Shown here: in pieces, positions 52,951 to 62,596 of the stretch
Layout: each line of letters opens with the position of its first letter
Position numbering within the stretch: the stretch's first letter is position 1
Source: an uncultured Candidatus Saccharibacteria bacterium
GTDB lineage: Bacteria; Patescibacteriota; Minisyncoccia; UBA9983
DNA length: 64,000 bases
Direction: 5' to 3'
Assembly: GCA_964438405.1 (NCBI GenBank)
Contig: CAYTKF010000002.1
Coordinates: 12,404 to 76,403, forward strand
The notes under the pieces: generated by a model
The model's database searches: none
What the model was told of the DNA's origin: nothing
Seen by the model: the letters and a program-made list of their open reading frames with translations, nothing else
Made by a program: the position numbers and the translations under genes

Positions 52951-53586
52951 ATGAAAATTACAAAATTTGGACATTGCTGTTTGTTAATTGAAGAAAACAG
53001 AATCAGAATTTTAACCGACCCTGGCGTTTATTCAACACAACAAAATAATATAAAAAATATTGATGTTGTGCTTATAACCCACGAGCATTATGACCATCTG
53101 CATATTGATTCTTTAAAAATTGTTCTTGGAAATAACCCACAGGCCAAAATTATTACAAATAAAAGCGTGGGCGCACTTTTAGAAAAAGAGAATATTTCTT
53201 TTGAAATTATTGAAGACGGCCAAAACTATAACGCAAAAGGAATTTTAATTGAGGGTTTTGGCAAATATCATGCCTTAATGTATACATCTATTCTGTCGAT
53301 TCAAAATACAGGATACTTTATTGCCAATCGTCTTTTTTATCCCGGAGATGCTTTTACAAATCCCAATAAACAAGTTGAAATTTTGGCTTTGCCAATTGCC
53401 GGACCGTGGATGAAATTAGCAGAGGCAATTGATTATGCGCTTGAAATTAAACCCAAAATTTGTTTTCCAGTACATGAAAGTATATTGAAATCGCCCGGTT
53501 CAACGCACCGAATACCGTCGCAAGTTTTAGAACCCCATGGTATAAAATTTATGGTTTTGGAAATAGACAAAGAAACGGAAATATAA
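52951..53586 (+). CDS. MBL-fold metallo-hydrolase
   Basis: VLITHEHYDHL (HxHxDH motif). Confidence 0.7.
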   Translation: MKITKFGHCCLLIEENRIRILTDPGVYSTQQNNIKNIDVVLITHEHYDHLHIDSLKIVLGNNPQAKIITNKSVGALLEKENISFEIIEDGQNYNAKGILIEGFGKYHALMYTSILSIQNTGYFIANRLFYPGDAFTNPNKQVEILALPIAGPWMKLAEAIDYALEIKPKICFPVHESILKSPGSTHRIPSQVLEPHGIKFMVLEIDKETEI

Positions 53587-53587
53587 T

Positions 53588-54316
53588 ATGAATGTGGCGG
53601 CGGAAAAACATTATTTGCATTTTTTGCAGGAAATAAAAAGGAATGCGGGAAAGGAAACAAGGGAGCAAAAAGAGTGGCTAAAAAAATACATGGGCACAAA
53701 GAAGATTTATTATTCTGTAAAATCAGGAACAAAAAATCAGCTCATCAAAAATTGGATTAAAAATAATAAAGATATTTCTCCTGCAGAATACGAAGGTTTA
53801 TTAAATCTTCTTTATAAAGGAAAATCTCATGAAGAATTTAGTTTTGCGGGCAGATTGTTAGAATATTTGTCTAAACTTAGAGAACAAATTAATATCAATT
53901 GTTTGGACAAATGGCTTGATAATGCAGAGGGGTGGGGAGAAGTTGATTCAATATGCCAATCAAATTTTTCATCAAAGGAATTACTGACAAATTGGGAGAA
54001 TTGGAGAAAAATGATATTAAGGTTTTCTAAAGATAGCAATATCCATAAAAGAAGAGCGAGTTTGGTTTTGTTGACCAAACCAGTAAGAGAATCGGCAGAT
54101 AAAAGATTATCAGACCTTGCTTTTGCCGTTATAAACAAACTTAAAAAAGAAAAAGATATTTTAATTACAAAAGCGATTTCCTGGCTGTTAAGAGATTTGA
54201 TAAAAAATAATCGGATATTGGTTAAAAATTATTTAGAAAATAATAACGATCTTCCTCGGATAGCAATAAGGGAAACCAAAAACAAACTGTTAACGGGAAA
54301 AAAATCGATTGGTTGA
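53588..54316 (+). CDS. DNA alkylation repair enzyme-like HEAT-repeat protein (AlkC/AlkD family)
   Basis: 242-aa helical-repeat protein with WGEVDSICQSNF and ISWLLRDLIKNN-type segments typical of the DNA_alkylation family. Confidence 0.5.
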   Translation: MNVAAEKHYLHFLQEIKRNAGKETREQKEWLKKYMGTKKIYYSVKSGTKNQLIKNWIKNNKDISPAEYEGLLNLLYKGKSHEEFSFAGRLLEYLSKLREQININCLDKWLDNAEGWGEVDSICQSNFSSKELLTNWENWRKMILRFSKDSNIHKRRASLVLLTKPVRESADKRLSDLAFAVINKLKKEKDILITKAISWLLRDLIKNNRILVKNYLENNNDLPRIAIRETKNKLLTGKKSIG

Positions 54317-54341
54317 AAAAAGAAATAAGATTATAATTTTT

Positions 54342-54608
54342 TTATTTTTCCAATTCTGCAATTTGCTGTTTTTTGACCTCTATGAGTTCTTTGATTCTTT
54401 GAATTTGGGTATTATCGGCCGCTCTTGCTTCGCCCGAAGCGCCGCTTCGCATTCCCATGCCCATTTCTACACTAGAAAGCCATTGCTCAAGATCAGCTAA
54501 CCCCTTAAGCAGTTTAGCCTTTTCTTCCTCTTTTGTTTTTTCTTGGCTTTTATAGCCAAAAACTTCTAAAAAATTCATATATTTTATTATATCATAATTC
54601 TGATACAA
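54342..54608 (-). CDS. Hypothetical coiled-coil protein
   Basis: 88-aa charged ORF. Confidence 0.35.
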   Translation of the reverse strand: MYQNYDIIKYMNFLEVFGYKSQEKTKEEEKAKLLKGLADLEQWLSSVEMGMGMRSGASGEARAADNTQIQRIKELIEVKKQQIAELEK

Positions 54609-54615
54609 TTTAAAT

Positions 54616-56319
54616 ATGGAGAACCAAGAGCTCGCGAAGATTTTTTATGAGATGGCGGTTTATTTGGAGATGATGGATGAGGTGGTTTTTAAGTTTAAGG
54701 CGTATGAGAAAGCTGGCCAGAGCATAGAGGGTTTGGCAGAAAGCGTTGAAGAAATTTATAAAAGAGGCGGCATCAAGGCACTAATGGAAATTCCGGGCAT
54801 CGGCAAGAATATCGCTGAAAAAATCAGCGAATATTTGCGAACCGGAAAAATCCGCGAATATCTGCAATTAAAGAAGAAAATTCCAGTTGATTTAGGTGGG
54901 CTGATGAAAATTGAAGGTGTCGGACCGAAGAAAATAAAAGTTTTATATAAAAAATTAAAAATAAGGAACGCCAAAGAATTGGAGATAGCTGCTAAGAAGG
55001 GAAAAATAAGCAAATTAAAAAACTTCGGCGAGAAGAGCGAAAAAAATATTCTGGAAAGCATCGAATTTCTTAAAAGAAGCAAGGGAAGGTTTTTAATCAG
55101 TGAAATTCTGCCTGTTGTGCGCGAAATTGTTGCCAAATTAAAGTCCTTAAAAGAAGTTAAACAAATAAGCCTGGCCGGCTCTCTGCGCAGAATGAAAGAA
55201 ACAATAGGGGACGCGGATATTCTTGCTGTTGCCAATAAATCTGATAAAGTTATGGATTATTTTGTTTCTCTGCCAGGAGTTGTAAAAATATGGGGAAAGG
55301 GCGCGACAAAATCTTCTGTAAGAATGAAACACGGGTTTGATGTAGATTTGCGCGTTGTGCCGGAAAAAAGTTTTGGTTCTGCCTTGCAATATTTTACCGG
55401 TTCCAAAGAACACAATATTGCCACGCGCAAAATTGCCATAGAAAAAGGATTTAAGCTGAACGAATACGGAATCAAAACAGAAAAAGAAGTTTACGCTAGG
55501 CTTGGTCTGCCATATATAGAGCCGGAATTAAGAGAAAATACAGGAGAGATAAAAGTGGCCTTAAAAAATAAATTGCCCAAGCTGGTTGAATTAAAAGATA
55601 TCCATGGCGATTTACAAATACATTCAACTTGGTCTGATGGCGTAAATTCTATTAAAGAAATGGCGGAAACGGCACAAAAAATTGGTTATGAATATATTGC
55701 CATTACTGATCACGTTGGCAGATTAAAAATTGCCGGAGCAATGGCTGAGAGCCAAATCAAAAGACAATGGCAAGAAATTGATAAACTTAACAAGTCGTTT
55801 GGCAATCCGCCGGCTGGCGGATTTAAAATATTAAAGGGCGCTGAAGTTGACATTAATCCGGACGGCACAATAGCCTGCGATGATAAAATTTTATCACAGT
55901 TCGATGTTGTCCTTGGTTCTCTGCATTCAAGTTTTAAAATTCCAAAAGAAAAAATGACAAAGAGATTGGTCCGCGCCATGGAAAATCCGTATGTTGATAT
56001 TATCGCGCATCCCACAACCAGATTAATTGCTAGGCGCGACGAAGTGGTGCTTGATTGGGAAGAAATTTTTAAGATAGCAAAACGCACGGGCACGATTTTG
56101 GAAATTAATGCTTATCCGGCCCGTCTTGATTTAAAAGATGTTTATATAAAACAGGCAATAGAAGCGGGAGTAATACTTTCTTTGGGCACTGATTCGCATG
56201 AAAAATCGCAATTGCATTTTATGGAATACGGCGTTTCTCAGGCGCGCCGTGGTTGGGCAGAAAAGAAAAATATTGTAAATTGCTGGCCATTAGATAAACT
56301 TTTGAATTTTTTGAAATAA
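54616..56319 (+). CDS. polX: Family X DNA polymerase with C-terminal PHP domain (PolX)
   Basis: N-terminal HhH motifs (IPGIGKNIAEKI, IEGVGPKKIK), Pol-beta-like palm (GSLRR...GDADIL) and PHP domain (HSTWSDG...ITDH...HPT). Confidence 0.85.
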   Translation: MENQELAKIFYEMAVYLEMMDEVVFKFKAYEKAGQSIEGLAESVEEIYKRGGIKALMEIPGIGKNIAEKISEYLRTGKIREYLQLKKKIPVDLGGLMKIEGVGPKKIKVLYKKLKIRNAKELEIAAKKGKISKLKNFGEKSEKNILESIEFLKRSKGRFLISEILPVVREIVAKLKSLKEVKQISLAGSLRRMKETIGDADILAVANKSDKVMDYFVSLPGVVKIWGKGATKSSVRMKHGFDVDLRVVPEKSFGSALQYFTGSKEHNIATRKIAIEKGFKLNEYGIKTEKEVYARLGLPYIEPELRENTGEIKVALKNKLPKLVELKDIHGDLQIHSTWSDGVNSIKEMAETAQKIGYEYIAITDHVGRLKIAGAMAESQIKRQWQEIDKLNKSFGNPPAGGFKILKGAEVDINPDGTIACDDKILSQFDVVLGSLHSSFKIPKEKMTKRLVRAMENPYVDIIAHPTTRLIARRDEVVLDWEEIFKIAKRTGTILEINAYPARLDLKDVYIKQAIEAGVILSLGTDSHEKSQLHFMEYGVSQARRGWAEKKNIVNCWPLDKLLNFLK

Positions 56320-56326
56320 AAAATGC

Positions 56327-56372
56327 CCGGCAGATAGGCGATACCCACTCGATAGGATCGCCTTTTCTGCCG
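56327..56372 (-). terminator. Long GC-rich hairpin, functional as a terminator on the minus strand
   Basis: GCCCGGCAGA-TAGGCGAT...ATCGCC-TTT-TCTGCCGGGC, with an A-run on the plus side and a T-run on the minus strand. Confidence 0.5.
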
Positions 56373-56668
56373 GGCCGCGTCAGCAGCCGCTCGGACAGTG
56401 GGCTACTCGACGCAAAAAGAACCTTCGTCGCAACATTGCACCCCTTTATTGGTCTATTTAAATGATATACAATTAATTTTACAATGTCAAGCTCGCCATT
56501 TATTTATAGGTTTCTTTCAAAAAAAACTTCAATTCCTTTTTGATATTCGCCGCCAAACTGGCCATGAATGCACAATAAGAGTCGGAATGTGAAGCTTGCT
56601 GGCGCTTTCGGCAGGCGAAACCCTTTTCATACGGGGTTCATACCTGATTGTTCTAATAAATCCAAAGA

Positions 56669-57682
56669 TCATAGATACTTTGATAATATAAGGTACAAAA
56701 ATTTATAAAAATCGCCGGCAGTCGGCAAATAGAGACGGCGTATATTTTGCCAAGTCAAAGGTTTGTAGTCACCGTGTTCAAAGATGGTGGTGAGCGCGAA
56801 TTGCGTCGGCACGCGGCCACTGAGGGCGTCGCGGAGGCGCATTGATTCAGTATAGGGGATGTAGCGGTCGTCTGTGGAGTGAAGAATAAAGAATTCCGCG
56901 GCGCTGCGTTCAATGTACTGAGAGGGCGAAAGGACGCGGCGCAGCTCAGCGAATTCCGTGCTTTCTAGAAAGTTTTCCTCTGTCAGGCCGTGATAGGCCA
57001 GTGTGTTCTTAAGGATATCGCGCGCGTAGTCGGCCGGCTCCAGATTACCCTCGATAGTTCCATAGGAAAAATTCCCGGTCGCTAAAAACTGTGCGGCGTT
57101 TTGCAGGTCATAATAGCCGCCAAAGCTCACCACGAAGGAGACATCGTCCCTTATCCTTGGATCAGCGGCGGCGGCGATCGTGGGTCCGTTGCCGTAGCTT
57201 AAGCCCATGAGGCCAAGTTTTTCAATCTTCAACTCGGGATGATTTTTGAGAAAGAGCGCGGTGGAGACCACATCACCTATATCCTTGGGTGTGATAATTT
57301 GCTGGTCTTCAAACCGCCAAGGAATGACGGCGACAAAACCGCTCCGGACAAATGTGTCGGCCAGATTGATAAGCCGCGGATCCTGCGGGCCAGGACCGAT
57401 GAGCGGCGTGTAGATGATTAGGGCGCTGCGCGGTTTTTTGGCAGCCGGCCGGTACATATACAGGGTCAGGGTGCGGCCGTCCACGCTTTGAATCTCCTGT
57501 TTTTCCTGGAGCGGCGTTTCAGTGAGCCACTGTAGCGGCCGCCAATCACCCTGCGGAATGAGTACATTGACAGCCACCGCGATAGTTTTCAGACCAACCC
57601 TGATCAATGGAATCAGTAGTATCGCCAAGAGAATGATGAGGGCGATAGCCAGCGCTATTTTTAGGCTTCGAGAAAGTTTCAT
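56669..57682 (-). CDS. Membrane-anchored alpha/beta-hydrolase (dienelactone hydrolase/peptidase S9-like)
   Basis: N-terminal TM. GLMGLSYGNG (nucleophile elbow GxSxG) and a C-terminal HGDY-type segment. Distinctly GC-rich. Confidence 0.55.
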   Translation of the reverse strand: MKLSRSLKIALAIALIILLAILLIPLIRVGLKTIAVAVNVLIPQGDWRPLQWLTETPLQEKQEIQSVDGRTLTLYMYRPAAKKPRSALIIYTPLIGPGPQDPRLINLADTFVRSGFVAVIPWRFEDQQIITPKDIGDVVSTALFLKNHPELKIEKLGLMGLSYGNGPTIAAAADPRIRDDVSFVVSFGGYYDLQNAAQFLATGNFSYGTIEGNLEPADYARDILKNTLAYHGLTEENFLESTEFAELRRVLSPSQYIERSAAEFFILHSTDDRYIPYTESMRLRDALSGRVPTQFALTTIFEHGDYKPLTWQNIRRLYLPTAGDFYKFLYLILSKYL

Positions 57683-57776
57683 AGTTATAATTGCCTCTTT
57701 AGTATATACTAAAGAGTGAATGTTTGGTATAATTAAATAAGAAAAAAGAAGCTCTTTTTACCAAGGAGGCGATAAG

Positions 57777-58396
57777 ATGCAAAGCAAGAGTTTGGAAGAA
57801 AAATTATCTGCCTATTTTTGCGGCATAAGGGCAGATAGAGAGAATTCAGAAGTTGTCTTTGTTCTGCCCAAAGCAATTCGGCGATATCAGAATGTACCAA
57901 ATCACCCCCGGATTTTAGTCTTGGAAATCCGGATAAGAGAAGCAGATATCAATACCTTGTTCGCCTTTGCAATTGCGGAGAACGAATTTGTTCTGGATAA
58001 GGATAGTATAGCCGTAGCCAAAGATGAGAACAACAAGGTTTTGTGGCACGGCTATGGCCAACCTCTTTGTCTGCTTCACAGAGAGAGAGAGGAGGATTCT
58101 ATTTACGGCCAGAGAGCCATTTGTATATCTTCGGTCTCTTGCCGGATTACACCCGGTACGAAATTTATAAGGCCGAGGTGGAAATGGTTGGCGAAGGCGG
58201 CAGGCTTCTCTGGCAGAAAATTTGCGAAGGTCAATGTTTTTGCCAGGACAGGACAATGACGGCAGAGCAGAAAAGCTACGAGGAGTGGCCACCCCTAGCA
58301 AAGTTGTTTGAGAACCCGTCTTTTCAAGACAAATTCAGGCCGTACATTTTGGGAGGACAAATTCCTCCTTGCAGTTGTTATGAACGGAAAATCTAA
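57777..58396 (+). pseudogene. Hypothetical gene split across two frames at an (AG)6 tract (frameshifted or phase-variable)
   Basis: ORF 57777-58259 (frame 0) has a good RBS (AAGGAGG) and a plausible N-terminus. ORF 58043-58396 (frame +2) has the more plausible C-terminus. The frames meet at AGAGAGAGAGAG (58080-58091). Confidence 0.45.
58080..58091. repeat. (AG)6 dinucleotide repeat at the frame junction
   Basis: CACAGAGAGAGAGAGGAGG read directly from the sequence. Confidence 0.9.
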
Positions 58397-58461
58397 ATCA
58401 AAATTGGTTTTCCGTTTTTCTCTTTCTATTTTTGAGATATAATTGAATTTATAGTGTCAAA

Positions 58462-58532
58462 CGGAGTGTAGTATAGCGGCAGTATTTACCCTTGGGGTGG
58501 GTAAGGCCCGAGTTCGACTCTCGGCACTCCGA
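58462..58532 (+). tRNA. tRNA-Pro(GGG)
   Basis: Acceptor CGGAGTG/CACTCCG is perfect. Anticodon stem TACCC/GGGTA with loop TTGGGGT. T-arm CCGAG-TTCGACT-CTCGG. Confidence 0.75.
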
Positions 58533-58533
58533 T

Positions 58534-59145
58534 ATGAAAAAATTATTTTTAGACATAGAAACTATTCCAGCAGACGAATCCCAGCACGGCGTTCTGGAAG
58601 AAATTTACGAATACAAAAAATCAAAAGGCAAAAAAGTAACAGATGATTTTGAAAGTTATTTAATACAGACTAATTTTGACGGTGCATTTGGCAGAATATT
58701 GTGTATCGGTTTGGCTGTGAATGACGAGCCAATAAAAGCCCTAACCGGAGACGAAAAAGAAATTCTTAAAAATTTTTGGGAAGAGGCGAGAGACGCCAAT
58801 CTTTTTGTGGGCCACACTATTTTTGATTTTGATATGCGTTTTATTTATCAGCGCTCAATTGTTTTAGGTGTTAAGCCGACGCAGGATTTGAGTTTCGCGC
58901 GATACAGAAGCAATCCCATTTTTGACACAATGTACGAATGGTCAAAATGGGACACACACAGTAAAATTTCTCTTGACACCTTGACTCGCGCCATGGGCAT
59001 TGCCTCGCCCAAAGAAGGAGGCATCGATGGCTCAAAAGTTTTTGACTATTACAAAGCCGGCAAACTTGATGAAATTTATGAATACTGCAAGGCAGACGTA
59101 GAAGCCGTGCGGCAAGTCTACAAGAAAATGGTTTTTGAAAAATGA
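58534..59145 (+). CDS. DEDD-type 3'-5' exonuclease (PolB-exonuclease-like, RNase H fold)
   Basis: LFLDIETIP (Exo I DxE), HTIFDFDMRF (Exo II-like), YCKADVEAVRQVY (Exo III YxxxD). Confidence 0.65.
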   Translation: MKKLFLDIETIPADESQHGVLEEIYEYKKSKGKKVTDDFESYLIQTNFDGAFGRILCIGLAVNDEPIKALTGDEKEILKNFWEEARDANLFVGHTIFDFDMRFIYQRSIVLGVKPTQDLSFARYRSNPIFDTMYEWSKWDTHSKISLDTLTRAMGIASPKEGGIDGSKVFDYYKAGKLDEIYEYCKADVEAVRQVYKKMVFEK

Positions 59146-59951
59146 AAAAAACAATTTTAATTATCGGAGTGATTATTGTGGCGGCGGGATTGTTTTTTAT
59201 TTTTTTCACCCGTACTGAAGAGCCTATTGAAAATCAAAATATCAATATCAAAGTAAACTCGCCCGCGCCAAACGAAGTTGTAAAAAGTCAGTTGCAATTA
59301 ACGGGTGAAGTCAGAACATGGTATTTTGAGGGAAGTTTCCCCGTAAAAATTTTGGACGCAAACGGAAAAGTTTTGGGTAATTCTTATGTCATGGCGCAAG
59401 GGGACTGGATGACAACAAATTTTGTAGCATTTAAGGGCGAGATAGATTTTACGCCGAGTAAAACAGAAACAGGAAAAATTGTTTTTATGAAAGATAATCC
59501 GTCGGGCCTAGCGGAACACGACGAAAGTTTTGAATTGCCGATAAAATTTGACATGACGACGGGTACACAGATATTAAAGATTTATTTTAACAACAATAAT
59601 CTTGACCCACAAATCTCGTGCAATAAAGTTTTTCCAGTTGAGAGAGAAGTTTATAAAACAGACGCGCCGGCACGACGGGCGCTGGAATTACTGCTGAAGG
59701 GTCCGGCGCAGGATGAAATTAATTCAGGATATTTAACCAGCATTAATTCTGGAGTAAAAATTCAGAGTATCACAATTCAAAACAACGTTGCCAAAGTTGA
59801 TTTTGACGAACAACTAGAAAATGCAGTTGGCGGTTCGTGCCGTGTTTCCGCCATTAGAGCGCAAATAACAGAAACTTTAAAACAATTCTCAAGCGTCAAA
59901 AGTGTAATCATTTCTATCAACGGCAGAACAGAGGACATCTTGCAACCGTAA
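59142..59951 (+). CDS. Membrane-anchored Gmad2/GerMN-domain protein
   Basis: N-terminal TM. Ig-like Gmad2-type region (LQLTGEVRTWYFEGSFPVKILD) and a C-terminal GerMN-like domain (ARRALELLLKGPAQDE...). Confidence 0.5.
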   Translation: MKKTILIIGVIIVAAGLFFIFFTRTEEPIENQNINIKVNSPAPNEVVKSQLQLTGEVRTWYFEGSFPVKILDANGKVLGNSYVMAQGDWMTTNFVAFKGEIDFTPSKTETGKIVFMKDNPSGLAEHDESFELPIKFDMTTGTQILKIYFNNNNLDPQISCNKVFPVEREVYKTDAPARRALELLLKGPAQDEINSGYLTSINSGVKIQSITIQNNVAKVDFDEQLENAVGGSCRVSAIRAQITETLKQFSSVKSVIISINGRTEDILQP

Positions 59952-59955
59952 AAAT

Positions 59956-60642
59956 ATGGACAACATTCTTGAAGTGAAAAATTTGAGCGTGGAGTTTAGT
60001 GGGGAGAGAGTTATTGATGATTTGAGTTTTAATTTAGCTGAAAAAGAAAATCTGGTTGTCATTGGACCCAATGGCGCGGGCAAGAGTGTTTTACTTCGCG
60101 CGCTTTTGGGGGTTGTAGAATATAAGGGCGAAATAAAATGGAAGAGTGGCATAAAAATTGGTTATGTCCCGCAAAAATTTTTTATTGATAAAAATTTGCC
60201 GCTGAGTGTCAGCGAATTTTTTGGATTTAAAAAACTCGGAGAAGAAAAAACAAAAGAGGTGCTAAAAACAGTCGGTATAAATGATTTAAATATTTTAAAC
60301 AAGAAAATCGGAGTTATTTCTTTTGGCCAATTACAGCGCGTTTTAATCGCATGGGCATTAATAGACAAGCCCGATATTCTTCTTTTTGACGAGCCATTTT
60401 CCGGCATTGATGTCAAGGGCGAGGAAACAATTTATGAACTTTTGGAACAAATAGAAAAAGATTTAAATCTGACCATAATTTTAATCACTCACGATTTGAG
60501 CATTGTTCATAAATTTGCAGATACGGTTTTATGTTTGAACAAAGAAACAATTTGTTACGGTGCACCGCAGACAGCGTTGGATTATTCAGCCATTAAAAAT
60601 CTTTATGGAGGAGATGTAAAATTTTATCATCATGACCATTAA
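59956..60642 (+). CDS. znuC: ABC transporter ATP-binding protein (metal/Zn-Mn type)
   Basis: Walker A GPNGAGKS, signature FSGGQLQRV-like ISFGQLQRV, Walker B ILLFDEP. Confidence 0.8.
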   Translation: MDNILEVKNLSVEFSGERVIDDLSFNLAEKENLVVIGPNGAGKSVLLRALLGVVEYKGEIKWKSGIKIGYVPQKFFIDKNLPLSVSEFFGFKKLGEEKTKEVLKTVGINDLNILNKKIGVISFGQLQRVLIAWALIDKPDILLFDEPFSGIDVKGEETIYELLEQIEKDLNLTIILITHDLSIVHKFADTVLCLNKETICYGAPQTALDYSAIKNLYGGDVKFYHHDH

Positions 60643-61393
60643 TATTTACAGTTTGATAACGGCGATTTTTGTCGGCGGAGTAGCCGGTTATCTTGGCTCT
60701 CTAATGCTCACCAAAAAAATGGCATTGGTTGGGGACGCGCTTGGCCATGTGGCATTGCCGGGCATGGGTTTGGCTCTGCTCTTGGGTTTGAATATTTCTT
60801 TGGGTGCTTTTATCTTTTTATTTTTTGGCGTTTTGGCAATATGGTTTTTGGAATCAAAAACAGAATTGGCAACGGAAACCCTTGTGGGAATAATTTTTGT
60901 TTTAAGTCTGGCAATCGGTTTTCTTGTCACGCCTCAGCCGGATTTAATAGAGGCTCTGGTGGGCGATATATCAAGGGTTAATTTTTTTGATACGGCGCTG
61001 GCAATAATTTTAAGCATTTTAGTATTTTTTGTTGTAAAAAATATTTATAATAAAATTATTCTTTCGTCTCTTTCTGAAGATTTGGCCGCGGCCAATAAAA
61101 TCAATGCCAAAAAATTAAACTTAATTTATCTTTTTGCCATTGCAGTGATAGTGGCCATTGGCGTGAAAGTGGCGGGTTCGCTTCTCATCGGCGCATTGGT
61201 AATTATTCCGGCTGCCACGGCAAAAAATATCAGCAAAAACATGCGCCAGTATGTTTGCTGGTCTTTAATTTTCGGCGCATTGAGCTGTTTGTCAGGCGTT
61301 TTGCTTTCTGTTTTTGTTGGTTTTCCAGCCGGGCCGCTCACTATTTTAGCAGGCATTTTATTTTTTGGATTTTCTTTAATTTTTAAAATATAA
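60632..61393 (+). CDS. znuB: ABC-3 family metal transporter permease
   Basis: About 8 TM segments. LMLTKKMALVGDALGH resembles the ZnuB/MntB N-terminus. Confidence 0.75.
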   Translation: MTINIYSLITAIFVGGVAGYLGSLMLTKKMALVGDALGHVALPGMGLALLLGLNISLGAFIFLFFGVLAIWFLESKTELATETLVGIIFVLSLAIGFLVTPQPDLIEALVGDISRVNFFDTALAIILSILVFFVVKNIYNKIILSSLSEDLAAANKINAKKLNLIYLFAIAVIVAIGVKVAGSLLIGALVIIPAATAKNISKNMRQYVCWSLIFGALSCLSGVLLSVFVGFPAGPLTILAGILFFGFSLIFKI

Positions 61394-61404
61394 TTAATAT
61401 AAAT

Positions 61405-62130
61405 ATGATAACCCGAGATATTTTTAATCTACATAATGCGGTCACCGTGGTTTCAGAAACGTGCGACATAGAAACAATAAAAAATTTGGAAAGCCATAAA
61501 GTGCCCTATATTGGGCCGAGTCCGTTTTCTTTCATTCTCTTTACAGACAAAAATTTGACCCGGGAGGCGCTTTCAAGACAGGGCTTGAATTTACCCAAGG
61601 GTTTGGTTTTTAAAAAAGGGGATTATCATATTGATTGCGCAAGAAAAATTCTAAATTTTATAAATCCGCCGTGGTTTGTGAGGCCGTCGTTAAAAATTGC
61701 CAATGATTTTTTGGAATTGGCTTCGGAAATAAGCAAGGCGTTCGGCGATTATGAAAAAATAATTATTGAAGAGTATATTTGGGGACGAGGCGTGGAATGC
61801 GGAATTGTGGAAAATTTCCGCGGACAGGAACTTTACGCGCTTCCGGTTGTGGAAGAAAAAATTTTCTGCCCGGCAGGTTTTAATTTGCAGACAAAAAGGG
61901 GAATAGAAAATATGGCAAAGATTGCGCACAATGCGCTTCATTCCAGATATTATTCAAGCCACGATTTTATTGTTTCTGAAAGGCCTGGAAAAGATAAGGG
62001 AAAAATTTATATTTTAGATTCTAAATTTTATCCTTTGCCTCAAGCTCAAGCGACAAAAGCGCTTGAGGCAATCGGGGTTTCTTATCAGGATTTTTTGGAA
62101 CATCTTGTAAATTTGGCCCTTGAGAATTAA
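61405..62130 (+). CDS. ATP-grasp domain protein (D-Ala-D-Ala ligase C-terminal-like, truncated)
   Basis: WFVRPS, IIEEYIWGRGVECGIV and LPVVEEKIF match the ATP-grasp core of Ddl. The Ddl N-terminal domain is missing. Confidence 0.5.
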   Translation: MITRDIFNLHNAVTVVSETCDIETIKNLESHKVPYIGPSPFSFILFTDKNLTREALSRQGLNLPKGLVFKKGDYHIDCARKILNFINPPWFVRPSLKIANDFLELASEISKAFGDYEKIIIEEYIWGRGVECGIVENFRGQELYALPVVEEKIFCPAGFNLQTKRGIENMAKIAHNALHSRYYSSHDFIVSERPGKDKGKIYILDSKFYPLPQAQATKALEAIGVSYQDFLEHLVNLALEN

Positions 62131-62296
62131 AAAAGCGGCGCTTTGGCAGATTTTCGCAAAGAGTCAAGCGCCGCTCGCGGGAGACGGTTGAAGCCGCCGG
62201 CTCATAGGCGTCATCCCCGACTATTTTTATTATACCAAAAAAGAAAATAAAAGCAAAAGTCCCGCCAGAGCAGGACTTCTAATAAGAACAAAATGG

Positions 62297-62554
62297 TTAC
62301 TGACTTCTGTATTGACGGGCCCGCCACCAACGTTCAATCTCGCACTCGAGATATGCCCCGGTGGCAATAACCACGACGCCACCTAAAAAAAGAAATCCAA
62401 TATCAATGATAAGGCTGGACATTGTTTCAGCCTCACCAATCCATTTCGCAGCACTGGCCATAATGCCAATGCCGAAGAAAAACATAACGGCAAAAATGAT
62501 GTTTCCGCCGGCATCCATGATACCGACTATCTTTTGATTCTCGTTGATATTCAC
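62297..62554 (-). CDS. Small two-TM hypothetical membrane protein
   Basis: 85-aa ORF. Hydrophobic. Confidence 0.4.
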   Translation of the reverse strand: MNINENQKIVGIMDAGGNIIFAVMFFFGIGIMASAAKWIGEAETMSSLIIDIGFLFLGGVVVIATGAYLECEIERWWRARQYRSQ

Positions 62555-62596
62555 GTACCACCTCCATCTATTATAATATACGAGAAACTAAAAAAG

